A stretch of DNA of 64,000 bases, taken from contig CAVTJJ010000004.1 of assembly GCA_963735035.1 (NCBI GenBank), positions 1,408,001 through 1,472,000 of the forward strand, written 5' to 3'. How positions within the stretch are numbered: position 1 is the first letter of the stretch; each line of letters begins with the position of its first letter. The notes under the pieces were generated by a model. That model saw nothing but the letters and a program-made list of their open reading frames with translations, had not been told where the DNA came from and did not search any database. The translations under genes were made by a program, and so were the position numbers. The DNA comes from an uncultured candidate division Zixibacteria bacterium. Lineage in GTDB: Bacteria > Zixibacteria > MSB-5A5 > GN15 > FEB-12. Positions 38,158 to 48,924 of the stretch are shown here, piece by piece.

Positions 38158-40796
38158 ATGAACTTGAACAGGTTTACACAGAAATCAATCGACGCCATCA
38201 GCGAGGCGCAAGGCTTGGCGCAGACCGCGGAACATCCGCAAGTCACCCCCGAGCACTTGCTCAAGGCGTTACTTCGACCAGGAAGACGGGCTCGTGCCGC
38301 AGGTCATCAAGAAGATGGGCGCCGACCTGAATGCGCTCAGCAACGAAATCGACAATGCGCTCGCCACGCTGCCGCATCAGACCGGCGGACAGGTCTATCC
38401 GTCGAACGAGCTCAGTCAGATCATGCTCAAGGCCGAGAAAGAGCTCAAGCAGTTCAAGGATGAATATGTCTCGGTCGAGCATCTGCTGCTCGCTATGCTC
38501 GAAGTCAAATGTCCGGCGTCAGAGGCGCTCAAAGCGGCCGGAGTCAAGCGGACCGAACTGCTCAAGGCGCTGGCGTCGATTCGCGGCGCCACACGCGTGA
38601 CCGACGACAACCCGGAATCCAAATATGGCGTGCTGGAGAAATACTCCCGCGATCTGACCGCAGTGGCTCGCGAAGGGAAGCTCGATCCGGTGATCGGCCG
38701 CGACGACGAAATCCGACGCATCATCAAGATTCTCTCCCGTCGCACCAAGAACAACCCGGTGCTGATCGGCGAGCCGGGCACGGGCAAGACCGCGGTGGTC
38801 GAGGGACTGGCGCAGAAGATCGCTATCGGCGAGGTCCCGGAGACGCTCAAAGACCGTCAACTGGTCGCGCTCGACCTCGGTGCGCTGATTGCCGGATCGA
38901 AATTCCGCGGCGAATTCGAGGAACGGCTCAAGGCGATTCTCAAAGAAGTTGAGGCGTCCGACGGTCGGATCATTGCTGTTCATCGACGAAATGCACACGA
39001 TTGTCGGCGCGGGAGCGGCCGAAGGCTCGATGGATGCCTCCAACATGCTCAAACCGGCGCTGGCGCGCGGGGAAATCCGATTTGTCGGCGCGACCACGCT
39101 CGATGAGTACCGCAAGCATGTCGAAAAAGACGCCGCGCTCGAACGTCGGTTCGCACCGGTGTTGATCGAGCCGCCGACAGTCGAGGAGACGGTTTCGATT
39201 CTGCGCGGTCTGCGCGAACGGTACGAGGTGTTCCACGGTATCAAGATTTCGGATGCGCGCGATTGTCGCGGCGGCGAAATTGTCGGATCGGTATATCGCC
39301 GACCGGTTTCTGCCGGACAAGGCGATTGATCTGGTCGATGAAGCCGCGGCCGAGCTGCGCATTTCAATCGACTCGATGCCGGAAGAACTTGATGCAGTCG
39401 AAAAGCGGATTCGTCAGCTCGAAATCGAAAAGGAAGGGGTCAAGCGCGAGAAAGACGCTCGCCGAACGCCTCAAACCGATTGAGAAGGAACTCAAGGAGC
39501 TCTACGCCCAGCGCGACGATCTCCAGACGCAATGGGAGAAAGAGAAAGACACGGTCGAGGCGATCCGCGGCCGAAAAGTCGAAATCGAAGAGCTCAAACA
39601 TCGGGCGGCCGATGCCGAGCGGCGCGGCCGACTATGAAGCGGCGGCGAGAATCAAGTACGGCGAAATGGCCGAAGCCGAAAAGAAGCTGGAGTTTCTGAC
39701 CCATTCGCTGACGGCGATTCAGCAGAAACGGCAGCTTCTCAAGGAAGTGGTCGACGCCGATGATATCGCCGAGGTCGTCTCGAAGTGGACCGGCATCCCG
39801 GTGACCCGGCTGACCGAATCGGAGACCGGAGAAACTGCTTCGTCTCGAAGATGAACTGCACAAGCGGGTGATCGGGCAGGACGAAGCGGTCGACGGCGGT
39901 CTCCAATGCCGTGCGTCAGTCGCGCGCCGGTCTGTCCGACCCGAATCGTCCGATCGGCTCGTTCATTTTCCTCGGCCCGACCGGCGTCGGGAAGACCGAA
40001 CTGGCGCGGGCGCTGGCGGAATTTCTCTACGGCACCGAGGAGGCGATTGTACGGATCGACATGTCCGAGTACATGGAGAAACATTCCGTGTCGCGACTGA
40101 TCGGCGCGCCGCCCGGGATATGTCGGCTACGACGAGGGCGGGCAGTTGACCGAGGCGGTGCGGCGACGTCCGTACGCGGTGGTGCTGCTCGATGAAATCG
40201 AGAAGGCGCATCCGGAAGTGTTCAACATCCTGTTGCAGGTGCTCGACGACGGCCGTCTGACCGACAACAAGGGGCGGACAGTGTCGTTCAAGAACGCCAT
40301 TCTGATCATGACGTCGAATATCGCGGCGGAGTATATCCAGCAGGAATCGGCCAATCTCGGCGAGTTCAACCGCGACGTCATCTATGAGAACATGCGCAAG
40401 ACGGTGCTGGAGACGCTGCGGCGGACGCTTCGTCCGGAGTTCCTGAATCGTATCGACGAGACGATTGTGTTTTCGGCGCTGACCCTCGACGAGATCAAGG
40501 ATATTGTCCGCTTGCAGTTGAAGCATCTGGAACTGTTGCTGGTGGACAAGAACATTGCCCTGGCGGTAAGTGACGACGCGGTGGGTTGCATTGCTGAAAC
40601 GGCGTTTGATTCATCGTTTGGTGCGCGCCCGATCAAGCGATTCATCAACAAAGAGCTGACGCAGCGGGTGGCGCAGATGCTTTTGTCCGGTGCAGTCAAA
40701 CCGGGGCAGACGCTTGAAGTCGACCGCGGAAAGAGCGGCGAGTTAGCCTTAACGGCCGCCAATGATTCACCTCGGGCGGAGACGGTCGAGAAATAG
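38158..40796 (+). CDS. clpB: ATP-dependent chaperone ClpB, with ~8 apparent +1 frameshifts
   Basis: Collinear fragments: [52 protein letters not shown]-domain coiled coil, [24 protein letters not shown]. Confidence 0.9.
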
Positions 40797-40804
40797 GATG
40801 AAGA

Positions 40805-40900
40805 GTAGGTCGGGTTCACGAGGAGTCCGCGAAGCGAACGCCGAGCAACCCGACACGCGTAATCCGGGAACCGGCAGATGTGGACATCTGCCGGGCACGT
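40805..40900. repeat. REP pair downstream of clpB
   Basis: GTAGGTCGGG...CCCGACAC (near-identical to 36214) plus CCGGCAGATGTGGACATCTGCCGGGCACG at 40871. Confidence 0.8.
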
Positions 40901-40980
40901 TGAAGGGCAGGCATCGTAGGGTATAACCCCTTGGTGGTTCTGCTGGACAAGACTGGACTCTTAAGTATAATCTGTGTATA

Positions 40981-41673
40981 ATGGGCGGAGAGTCACAGCG
41001 ATATAGCAGGAGGTCTGGGATGGTCGCCAATATTGTTAAGTGGAGTGTCATGGTGCTTCTACCTCTGTCCGCACAATGCGCTTCTTTGTGCGAACAATTC
41101 TTCACAGTACAGGGCAAGTCGTACGGCACAATGTCGGTCCTGGCCTACCAGGAGCAGTTGACGGGAGATTGCGAACAGTATCGACTACACTTGGTATTCA
41201 TAAACGATTCCCTGACCACGTCAATTGAGACTGAAGGGTTGTCATCGCCACCTTCGCAGATGGATGGCTTCTTTGAGTTGTTCGGAAGAGAGCGATGTGA
41301 CACCCTACGGGATTCGAGCGGGGTGTTCATAATCGGTTACAGGGAATCTTGTTCTGTTCCTAAGGAAGATACAAGTTTCAATCGCAAGTGGGTCGATTTC
41401 TTGAGGTCGGGAGGCAGCAGCTCCCGAGATTGGTGCGAACTTTATCCTCTCGAATGCACAGAATACCCTGCTTTTCATGGCGTAGAGGCCGCTCTCCTCT
41501 ACAAACACCCAGGTGCACTCTATCGGGGATACTCCATTGCAACCTCCCTTTATTATCCGACTTCAAAGATCCTAGTTCTTATTACCCACCAACCGCGCAA
41601 GGCAGTTGGCCTAGATACGATGCACGGAGTGCTGGTGTATCGACTCAAGTCATCGACCGGTCAGGAGCCATAG
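40981..41673 (+). CDS. Hypothetical exported Cys-containing protein
   Basis: 230-aa ORF with signal-like segment; no motif recognised; start uncertain. Confidence 0.55.
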   Translation: MGGESQRYSRRSGMVANIVKWSVMVLLPLSAQCASLCEQFFTVQGKSYGTMSVLAYQEQLTGDCEQYRLHLVFINDSLTTSIETEGLSSPPSQMDGFFELFGRERCDTLRDSSGVFIIGYRESCSVPKEDTSFNRKWVDFLRSGGSSSRDWCELYPLECTEYPAFHGVEAALLYKHPGALYRGYSIATSLYYPTSKILVLITHQPRKAVGLDTMHGVLVYRLKSSTGQEP

Positions 41674-41740
41674 GCTCCTGAATATACTCTATCGTGCGTC
41701 GCGCGAGCGTCAGGAGGCAAAGGCCTCCTGACCTACTAGC

Positions 41741-41767
41741 TAAGACTCGATTCAAGACTGCCGATAT
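41741..41767 (+). promoter_or_regulatory. sigma28 (FliA/WhiG)-like promoter of cheY-cheX
   Basis: TAAG-N15-GCCGATAT. Confidence 0.7.
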
Positions 41768-41801
41768 TAACCAGAAATACTGATACTTTGGGGGAGAGCT
41801 T

Positions 41802-42188
41802 ATGAAGATACTATTCGTGGAAGATTCTGCGCTTCTGCGACGCACTATGGTCAAGATGGCCAAAGAGAGCGGTTTTGTGGCCATTGAGGCAGCCAACGGG
41901 GCAGAAGCGCTCGCTACTCTGCGCAAGCATGGCAACAGTATCGATCTGGTGGTTCTGGACTGGAATATGCCGGTAATGGACGGCATCCAGGTCCTGAACA
42001 AGATGCGTTCCCAGGAAGAGTTTCGTAGCGTGCCCGTGCTGATGGCGACGTCGGCCGGAGTCGAAGAGGACGTCAAGACCGCTCTCAACGCAGGAGCGTC
42101 CGGGTATATGGTAAAACCGTTTACGGCCGATGCGTTGGTCAAGAAGATCAACTCGATTTTGCACCCCTATCGCAAAGTGGTCAAATAG
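41802..42188 (+). CDS. CheY-like single-domain response regulator
   Basis: ILFVEDS, VLDWNMPVMDG, MATS, VKPF. Confidence 0.9.
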   Translation: MKILFVEDSALLRRTMVKMAKESGFVAIEAANGAEALATLRKHGNSIDLVVLDWNMPVMDGIQVLNKMRSQEEFRSVPVLMATSAGVEEDVKTALNAGASGYMVKPFTADALVKKINSILHPYRKVVK

Positions 42189-42242
42189 CCATACAGCTTC
42201 CATGCACCGACTTCTGTCCAGTCAGTCAAGAGGACGACGGGG

Positions 42243-42851
42243 GTGAAAGACTTCTACTACATCGAAGATGGTAACGCCAGTCGCGCCATTCTGGATCAGC
42301 TTCTGGAGCGGTCCCAGGTTGAGTTCCTGACGAAGAAGATTGACAGGGACGAACCCGAAACGGTCCGGCGGGTTCTTTCACTTGTCTGCCAGTCTGTCTG
42401 TGAAGTAATCGCAACCCTGACAGGAGTGTGTCCGATTCCTCGCGAGGCCGTCAAGGTGGCGGTCAATGCCCGTCCGCTCGGCAAAATCACAGCTTGCATG
42501 AAATTCCAGGGCGAAGTCACGGGAACAATAGCTCTCAGTCTGAATCCGGGGCTGGCCCGGGCGCTGGCGGCAGGAATCGCCAGGTGCGACGAAGCAGATT
42601 TAACTGATGACGATGTCCGTGATGGGGTGGGCGAAATAACCAACCAGACGTCAGGGCTGATGCGGACGCTGCTCAGCGACTGCGAATTGGTAACCTGCAT
42701 CGATCTGCCCGAAACCCGGACTGACAGATGTGCCGCCGGCGAAAGCGCAGGCTTCGAGCCCTGCTATGTGCTCATCTTCGAATGGTGTGCTCAGCGCTTT
42801 GCCGCCCAGGTGATGTTGCTCGAGCCGAGAGAAACCCGTAAGCCGTCGTAG
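42243..42851 (+). CDS. cheX: CheX-family phosphatase
   Basis: FQGEVTGTIAL and DGVGEITNQTSG (E-x2-N motif); adjacent to cheY-like gene. Confidence 0.75.
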   Translation: MKDFYYIEDGNASRAILDQLLERSQVEFLTKKIDRDEPETVRRVLSLVCQSVCEVIATLTGVCPIPREAVKVAVNARPLGKITACMKFQGEVTGTIALSLNPGLARALAAGIARCDEADLTDDDVRDGVGEITNQTSGLMRTLLSDCELVTCIDLPETRTDRCAAGESAGFEPCYVLIFEWCAQRFAAQVMLLEPRETRKPS

Positions 42852-42901
42852 GGCAGAACCCTCGACCGCTTCGGGCGAGCGGTTCTGCCGAACAAGAGTA
42901 G

Positions 42902-43123
42902 CTACTTATTCCTCAGGGTATCCCGTATTTGTCGCAATAAGAGCGCGATCACGAATATCACCAGAATGGCGGCGAATTCCAGAAGACGTCCCGGCTGGTA
43001 CGGCATCGAGGCCAGGCGATAACCGAACCATTCAATGATCCACTCGATCAAGGCGACCAACAACAATAGAGAGGCGGCCGCAAAGAGCAGCCGGCTGATC
43101 AGGCTGTAGTGACTGTCTTTCAT
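42902..43123 (-). CDS. Small two-TM membrane protein
   Basis: GGAGG RBS; two hydrophobic helices, ending LLRQIRD. Confidence 0.7.
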   Translation of the reverse strand: MKDSHYSLISRLLFAAASLLLLVALIEWIIEWFGYRLASMPYQPGRLLEFAAILVIFVIALLLRQIRDTLRNK

Positions 43124-43139
43124 GATTTCATGCCTCCTT

Positions 43140-43430
43140 CTACAAGCCCGCGGTTCGGTTGATGGTTTTGACCTGTTTGTGCATCAGGTTATTGGCCATG
43201 TGCACCCTGACTATGCGGATCGTCCCCGTGTCGTCGGTAAACCAGAGCTGGAACCAGCCCGGATACTCCGGCGCCGAGGTCACCGAAACAAGTTTGCCGT
43301 ATGATGCCGGCAGGTCACTGAGGGGGGTGGTCAAATCAGGGCTGGCGGTTTCTGTGGAGATTTTCTCGCACGAAAGGCCGAACCCGACTACCAGGACAGC
43401 GAGCAAAGCCGGCGCGACAAGTCTTCTCAT
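43140..43430 (-). CDS. Small hypothetical lipoprotein
   Basis: GGAGG RBS; lipobox GLSC; YGKLVSVT...LWFTDDTGTIRIV. Confidence 0.7.
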   Translation of the reverse strand: MRRLVAPALLAVLVVGFGLSCEKISTETASPDLTTPLSDLPASYGKLVSVTSAPEYPGWFQLWFTDDTGTIRIVRVHMANNLMHKQVKTINRTAGL

Positions 43431-43580
43431 CTGAGCCTCCATATGTTTGCGCTTGCCTCTAGATGTCGTGACCAGACAGACATCGGACGATGCCTGTCGG
43501 ATGTATCCCTAAAATGGACTAAGATGACGTTTTGAGCAAGGGGAAAGTGGGGGTGGATGCGGCACGAGAGGGACAGTGCA

Positions 43581-43794
43581 GTGAAGTCGGCAGATGTGGA
43601 CATCTGCCGGGCACGTGGTACGAGAGCGTGAAGCCCGGTGAAGTCGGCAGATGTGGGCATCTGCCGGGCACGTGGTACGAGAGCGGACAGGCCAGTGGTG
43701 AAGGCGGCGGACCGGGCACTACAAAGGTGGACGACAGTCTCAGGCAGGCGTCAGGTCACACCCCGCCAAAGGCGGGGCAGGACCTGACGCAACC
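43581..43794. repeat. Tandem GGCAGATG-family REPs (57-bp period) plus a GTCAGGTCACACC element
   Basis: GTGAAGTCGGCAGATGTGG(A/G)CATCTGCCGGGCACGTGGTACGAGAGC at 43581 and 43638; GTCAGGTC...GACCTGAC at 43750. Confidence 0.85.
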
Positions 43795-43803
43795 AGGTGA
43801 GCG

Positions 43804-44370
43804 TCACTTCTGGCCGAGTTCGCCGATGGGGAGCGCCTTCAGGCGGCTGAGGCATTCTGTGAAAGCGGCTTCAGCTTCAGCTTTGGTGGCGCGCTTGGAG
43901 ATGACCAGTTCAAACACCAGCATCTCGGTGCGGCCATCGACATATGCGATCATGGCATTAGGAATGAAACGTCCCGGATTATCGATGTAGAAGGTCCGCA
44001 CTGGTTGGCCGGACGCGGCGCGTAAGTGATCAGCCGCCGATATTGAAACCCCTTTGCCGTAGTGCTCGCGGAGAGAGGTCGTATCCCGTCCGAGAACGTC
44101 AGCGAAAACCAGACCACGGATCTTGTAGATATTGACGCCGATGGTAATGTCGGCGGAGTCGTAGGCCTGATTGTCCGGGATAAACGCGAATGAATAGCCG
44201 TCGGCGGCCGCCGCAGAATCGACCATGTCAAATCGATCCGGAGGCGCTATGACGTAGTTGAGCGACTCGCCTTTGTAGAAGGCCGCGTGAAGGTCGGTCG
44301 TTTTTTTGGGTTGGCCGGCCAGCACGGTGGCGCACAAAGCCAGTATCAGCAGGGGAGTGGTTAGCTTCAT
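43804..44370 (-). CDS. Hypothetical exported protein
   Basis: Signal peptide ending VLA; 188 aa; sigma28-like -10 lies 9 bp upstream of the ATG. Confidence 0.7.
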   Translation of the reverse strand: MKLTTPLLILALCATVLAGQPKKTTDLHAAFYKGESLNYVIAPPDRFDMVDSAAAADGYSFAFIPDNQAYDSADITIGVNIYKIRGLVFADVLGRDTTSLREHYGKGVSISAADHLRAASGQPVRTFYIDNPGRFIPNAMIAYVDGRTEMLVFELVISKRATKAEAEAAFTECLSRLKALPIGELGQK

Positions 44371-44469
44371 ATTTGTGGATTATCGGCCGTAAGGCAGGCC
44401 CGCTTGGGTCTAAGTTAGGAGTAGTCCGGTGGGCTGCGAAAACCTGTTCAAAAACCGCGCTTTCCCGTC

Positions 44470-44498
44470 TTTACACGGCCCCGAAACCGATGTATACT
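44470..44498 (+). promoter_or_regulatory. sigma70-type promoter of HMGCS operon
   Basis: TTTACA-N17-TATACT. Confidence 0.6.
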
Positions 44499-44576
44499 GG
44501 CCCCGGAATGTCCCGAACGAAGCTTTGAAATGGCTGTTACGAGAGACGAGTATATAACCTGTAACTGAGGTAAGAC

Positions 44577-45626
44577 ATGGCAGGAATAGTTGGTTATGGT
44601 GCCCATTTGCCGAGGCACCGAATCAAAGTCGAAGAGATCGCCAAGGTCTGGGGTACCGACGCGGCCAGCTACAAAAAGGGGCTGATGTTGCGCGAAAAAT
44701 CGGTTCCACCACCGGACATGGATACGATTACTCTTTCGGTCGAGGCGGCCAAAAACGCCTTCCGACGGGCCGGCAATATCGACCGCTCCAAAGTGGGAGC
44801 GATCTACATCGGCTCCGAATCCCATCCGTACGCCGTGAAGCCGTCCGGCACGACGGTTGGCGAAGTAATGGGTATTTTCAATGATTGTCACTGCGCTGAT
44901 TTCGAGTTCGCCTGCAAGGCCGGCTCGGAAGCTATGTTTGTCGCTCTGTCGCATGTCAAGGCGGGCGAAATGAAATACGCTCTGGCCATCGCGGCGGATA
45001 CGTCGCAAGGAGCTCCGTCGGATGCTCTCGAATTTTCGGCGGCGGCCGGCGCGGCGGCGTTTATTATGGGCACGGACGATTTGATCGCCGAATGTTTGTT
45101 CACCCATTCCTGGATGCACGACATGCCCGATTTCTGGCGGCGCGAACACGAGTTCTATCCGCAGCACGCCGGACGCTTCACCGGTGAAGAGGCGTATTTC
45201 ACGACCACCCGGGGCGCGTCAGAGGCGATTCTGAAGAAATCCGGAATGAAACCGTCCGATTTCAAGTACGCCGTCTTCCACCAGCCGAACGGCAAGTTCC
45301 CGCAGCGAGTTGCCCTTGAGCTGGGTTTCACGCAGGCCCAGATCGATCCGGGCTGGCTGTCGCCCCGTCTGGGCAACACCTATTCCGGAGCGTCGCCGAT
45401 TGGTTTGACCGGCTGTCTGGACGTTTCCAAACCGGGCGATTTGATTTTCATGTGCTCTTACGGTTCCGGCGCCGGGTCGGATTCTTTCGTCTGGAAAGTG
45501 ACCGACCGGATTGACAAAGTTCGCAATCTGGCCGTGGGTACACACAAGTTGTTGGATGAGAATCTGACCTATATCGAATACGGCACTTACGCCAAGTTCC
45601 GGCACAAAATCATCAAGAACAAGTAG
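44577..45626 (+). CDS. Archaeal-type hydroxymethylglutaryl-CoA synthase
   Basis: MAGIVGYG start; [11 protein letters not shown] (Glu), EFACKAG (Cys), [14 protein letters not shown] (His), [15 protein letters not shown]. Confidence 0.92.
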   Translation: MAGIVGYGAHLPRHRIKVEEIAKVWGTDAASYKKGLMLREKSVPPPDMDTITLSVEAAKNAFRRAGNIDRSKVGAIYIGSESHPYAVKPSGTTVGEVMGIFNDCHCADFEFACKAGSEAMFVALSHVKAGEMKYALAIAADTSQGAPSDALEFSAAAGAAAFIMGTDDLIAECLFTHSWMHDMPDFWRREHEFYPQHAGRFTGEEAYFTTTRGASEAILKKSGMKPSDFKYAVFHQPNGKFPQRVALELGFTQAQIDPGWLSPRLGNTYSGASPIGLTGCLDVSKPGDLIFMCSYGSGAGSDSFVWKVTDRIDKVRNLAVGTHKLLDENLTYIEYGTYAKFRHKIIKNK

Positions 45627-45640
45627 GAGATGAGTATATC

Positions 45641-46801
45641 ATGAGACCTGTTTGTGTTGTTGGCGCCGGAATGAGTCAGTGGGGCGAAGTCTGGCGCAGA
45701 TCACTTAGAGATTTATATGTCGATGCGGCCCGCGCGGCTATTAAGAACGCCGGAGTGGACCATATCGATTCCATGTATGTCGGTTGCATGACCGGCGGGT
45801 TGTTTGTCGGTCAGGAACATATCGGCGCGTTGATGGCCGACTATCTCGGCATGCCGGGCATTTCTGCCACGCACGTCGAGTCGGCTTGCGCGTCCGGCGG
45901 AATAGCGTTCCGTCAGGCGTTTATCGAAGTCGGTTCCGGGATGTCAGAAATTGTCCTGGCGTCCGGTGTCGAGAAGATGACCGACTGTTCCGGCGACGAG
46001 GCGACGGCCGCTCTGGCGACCGCTGCCGATGCCGAATACGAAGTTTTCAACGGCGCGACGTTCCCAGGGCTGTACGCCCTGATGGCGCACGCCCATATGC
46101 ATAAGTACGGGACAACCCGCGCTATGCTGACGGCGGTGTCGGTGAAGAACCATTTCAACGGTTCGATGAACCCGTTCGCACAGTATCCATTCAAGGTGAA
46201 GGCCGAGACGGTGGAAACGTCGGTGATGGTGGCCGACCCGCTTCGGATTCTCGACTGCTCGCCGATTACCGACGGCGCTGCTGCCGTGATCGTCTGCAGT
46301 GAAGAGGTCGCGAAGAAACTCAAGAAACCGTACATCAAAGTGCTCGCGTCGGCGCTTGCGACCGACATCATGCAGTTGGCCCAGCGTGAAGACATCACGA
46401 CGATCAAGTCGGCCACGATTGCATCGCAGAAGGCGTTGCAGATGGCTGGGAAGAAGATCACCGACATTCAGTTTGCCGAAGTGCACGACTGCTTCACGAT
46501 CGCCGAGATCATGGTAGCTGAGTCGATCGGCCGTTACAAACCGGGCCAGGCGGGTCCGGCGTTTGTGGCGGGCGAGAGCGCGCTCGACGGCAAGTTCCCG
46601 ATCAATCCATCCGGCGGCTTGAAATCGAAGGGCCATCCGGTCGGTGCGACCGGTGTCGCACAGATCGTCGAAGTGTTCAAGCAGTTGACGGGTGTGGCTG
46701 AGAACGGCCGCCAGATCAAGGGCTCGCCGAAACTGGCCATGACTCAGAACATGGGCGGCACCGGGGCCTCGTCGGTGGTCCACATCATGGAGGTGGCATA
46801 A
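45641..46801 (+). CDS. Archaeal/SCP2-type acetoacetyl-CoA thiolase
   Basis: [50 protein letters not shown]. Confidence 0.92.
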   Translation: MRPVCVVGAGMSQWGEVWRRSLRDLYVDAARAAIKNAGVDHIDSMYVGCMTGGLFVGQEHIGALMADYLGMPGISATHVESACASGGIAFRQAFIEVGSGMSEIVLASGVEKMTDCSGDEATAALATAADAEYEVFNGATFPGLYALMAHAHMHKYGTTRAMLTAVSVKNHFNGSMNPFAQYPFKVKAETVETSVMVADPLRILDCSPITDGAAAVIVCSEEVAKKLKKPYIKVLASALATDIMQLAQREDITTIKSATIASQKALQMAGKKITDIQFAEVHDCFTIAEIMVAESIGRYKPGQAGPAFVAGESALDGKFPINPSGGLKSKGHPVGATGVAQIVEVFKQLTGVAENGRQIKGSPKLAMTQNMGGTGASSVVHIMEVA

Positions 46802-47202
46802 TGTCGATATTTCCATCAAGAGTATGGCGTGAATTCCCGCAGCGGTATCGGATGGAGGCGGTTCGCTTCAAGAAGAGCGGCAAGACCTACTTCCCGCCGC
46901 GCCAGGTGGACCCGATCAACGGCGACACCGAATGCGAGAAAGTCATCCTGCCGGAAACCGGCAAAGTGTCTACTTACACCGTGATTCGTGTTGCTCCGTC
47001 GCAGTGGGGCGACCTGTCACCGTACGGACTGGCGATAGTCGAACTGACAGACGGCACGAAGTTGTTCGGACAGATGACCGACTGCAATGTCGATCAGATC
47101 AAGATCGGCATGGAGGTGCGAATCGAGTTCCGCAAGGTGCAGAGCGAGGGTTCGCACGGCGTCCTGAGCTACGGTTACAAGTTCGTCCCGAAGTGGTATT
47201 GA
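46801..47202 (+). CDS. DUF35-family OB-fold scaffold protein (Zn-ribbon Cys absent)
   Basis: WREFPQRYRM, YFPPR, GKVSTYTVI, IGMEV, FRK, YGYKF; TAATG overlap with thiolase. Confidence 0.88.
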   Translation: MSIFPSRVWREFPQRYRMEAVRFKKSGKTYFPPRQVDPINGDTECEKVILPETGKVSTYTVIRVAPSQWGDLSPYGLAIVELTDGTKLFGQMTDCNVDQIKIGMEVRIEFRKVQSEGSHGVLSYGYKFVPKWY

Positions 47203-47254
47203 GTTTGTAGGTCGAAACCAGCCCGCTTCGGGCGGTTTCGACATCGTGTGATAC

Positions 47255-47290
47255 AACCGGCAGGCCTGCGGGCCTGCCGGTTTTGTTTTG
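47255..47290 (+). terminator. Intrinsic terminator of HMGCS operon
   Basis: AACCGGCAGGCC-TGCG-GGCCTGCCGGTT then TTGTTTTG; preceded by a GTAG-foot REP at 47207-47242. Confidence 0.75.
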
Positions 47291-47356
47291 TGATTGCGTA
47301 CCATCGCGTTACATACTATCTTGATTGAAGTCTAACTAGAACAAAAGGGACAGGAC

Positions 47357-47719
47357 ATGTCGTGGTACGACGCAATCAAAGACGCAATTGATGTCGCAAA
47401 GAGGTTCGATCAGACAGAATTGTACGACAAGCTTCTGAAATTGCGTGAGGAAATGAGCGAACTTCGCGATGACAACATCGCTAAGACAGAGAAGATTCGA
47501 GAGCTTGAGGAACAACTGAAACTCAAGGCACTAATCGAGTTCGACAAGGGGGTTTACTGGATCCGAAATGACCCTGCAGCAGGCGGTGAGTGCGATACCC
47601 CAATCTGTCCGAATTGCTATGATTCGGAGAAGAAGGTCATGCGCCTGCCCATATGCACATTGTCTAGTGGTCCCGTGGTATACTGCTGGAACTGTAAGCT
47701 TGAGCAACATGTGAAGTAA
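47357..47719 (+). CDS. Hypothetical protein, coiled coil + C-terminal CxxC...CxxC zinc ribbon
   Basis: AGGA RBS; ICPNCYD and YCWNCK. Confidence 0.75.
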   Translation: MSWYDAIKDAIDVAKRFDQTELYDKLLKLREEMSELRDDNIAKTEKIRELEEQLKLKALIEFDKGVYWIRNDPAAGGECDTPICPNCYDSEKKVMRLPICTLSSGPVVYCWNCKLEQHVK

Positions 47720-47757
47720 TAGATAATCGTCTCAAAATCACAGAGCGATGACTATAC

Positions 47758-48585
47758 ATGAAAGATCGTTTGAAGAGTGACTGTGGTTCCGCTGATTCTG
47801 TAATGCACAAAGACACAAGGAAGCGATTCGCGACGGTAGAAGTAAAGCATGGCCCGTTGCAGGTGCGCGAGAATTGTGGTCAGGGCGTTAACGCCGAGCT
47901 TGGGTTGGACCACGAAATCATCGCGCACGAGTACTTTCCGACAGACGTGACGGTTGACTTCTATACACTAACCCTACGGCGAGCAGTTTACTCAATTGAC
48001 GACATTCCACAGGCGGCAAATAACCTCACGGAGGCCCTCCATCGCCTCTGCTATGTCTGGCCTTTCGCTGCGGAATCTCCGATATTCTTTGAAGCAACGC
48101 GCACTCGGAGAATCCTACTGTATCGAGACAATTTCTAGGAAGTACGGGAACAGTTTCTCGCCGACATCGGCAGGCGATCCGTTAGAAAGGACCTGTCGGT
48201 TCGCTGGGGGAGGAGGAGATATCTCTGGTCGAGCTTCCCACTAAGCGCGGCTGTTGGCCTGTATGACAGGGCGGTCGAAGATGACTGCCTTGCGCGAATG
48301 GTCAAGTACTACTACCAAGCCCAGAGCGAGCCAGAGACTTGGTACGTGAATCTGTACAAGGTAATGGATACGCTCAAGAAGAAGTACAGAACAAAGAAGC
48401 CTTCGAAACTACTATCTCTGGACGATAAAGATTGGGAGTTCTTCGAAAAGACTCTGAATACCCACGATCTTCGGCACGCGGACTCTCTGAGAAGTAATCG
48501 GGAGAGTATATCCCTGACTGACGAGAAGCGCGCGTTTCGGATAGCACATGGTTTTGTGCAGGCATACATAGACAAGACCAGATAA
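47758..48585 (+). pseudogene. Hypothetical gene interrupted by a single in-frame TAG (48136-48138), C-terminus possibly HEPN-like
   Basis: ORFs 47758-48138 and 48298-48585 share a frame and the 53 codons between them are stop-free; NLYKV...NTHDLRHA. Confidence 0.55.
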
Positions 48586-48717
48586 TCAATAGCCTGTGGG
48601 GCGAAACCATTGCGGTTTCGATATTCTCTCTCGTAAACACCGACAAACCGAAATGGTCAAAACCACGTCTCCCGCCTGCGGCGGTTGACTCAGGGGTTTT
48701 GACCTGGCGTGCTAGGC

Positions 48718-48804
48718 GTCAGGTCACACCTCGCCCGACTCCGTCGGTCTCGGCAAGACCTGACACAACAGCGAACCGGCAGATGAGGATATCTGCCGGG
48801 CACG
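48718..48804. repeat. GTCAGGTCACACC element + GGCAGATG-family REP
   Basis: GTCAGGTC...GACCTGAC then CCGGCAGATGAGGATATCTGCCGGGCACG at 48776. Confidence 0.75.
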
Positions 48805-48924
48805 GCTTACGAGATCCTATCTGCCCGGAAACGGCACACACACTAAACGCATATCCGCATGAGACCGTCTTTCTATTAGGAGTTGGACAGGTGCCCTTAT
48901 AGTCTATGGCGTTAGGAGGTTCAT

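Noticed and set aside
38158..40796. Programmed frameshifting or true pseudogenisation of clpB
   Set aside because: Eight same-sign insertions without slippery sites or other decay fit sequencing error better.
43581..43690. Possible mini CRISPR array
   Set aside because: Only two units, the repeat is the dispersed RAYT-associated palindrome, and no cas genes are in the window.
44577..47202. phlABC-like polyketide acyltransferase cluster
   Set aside because: The HMGCS catalytic residues are intact and no type III PKS is adjacent.
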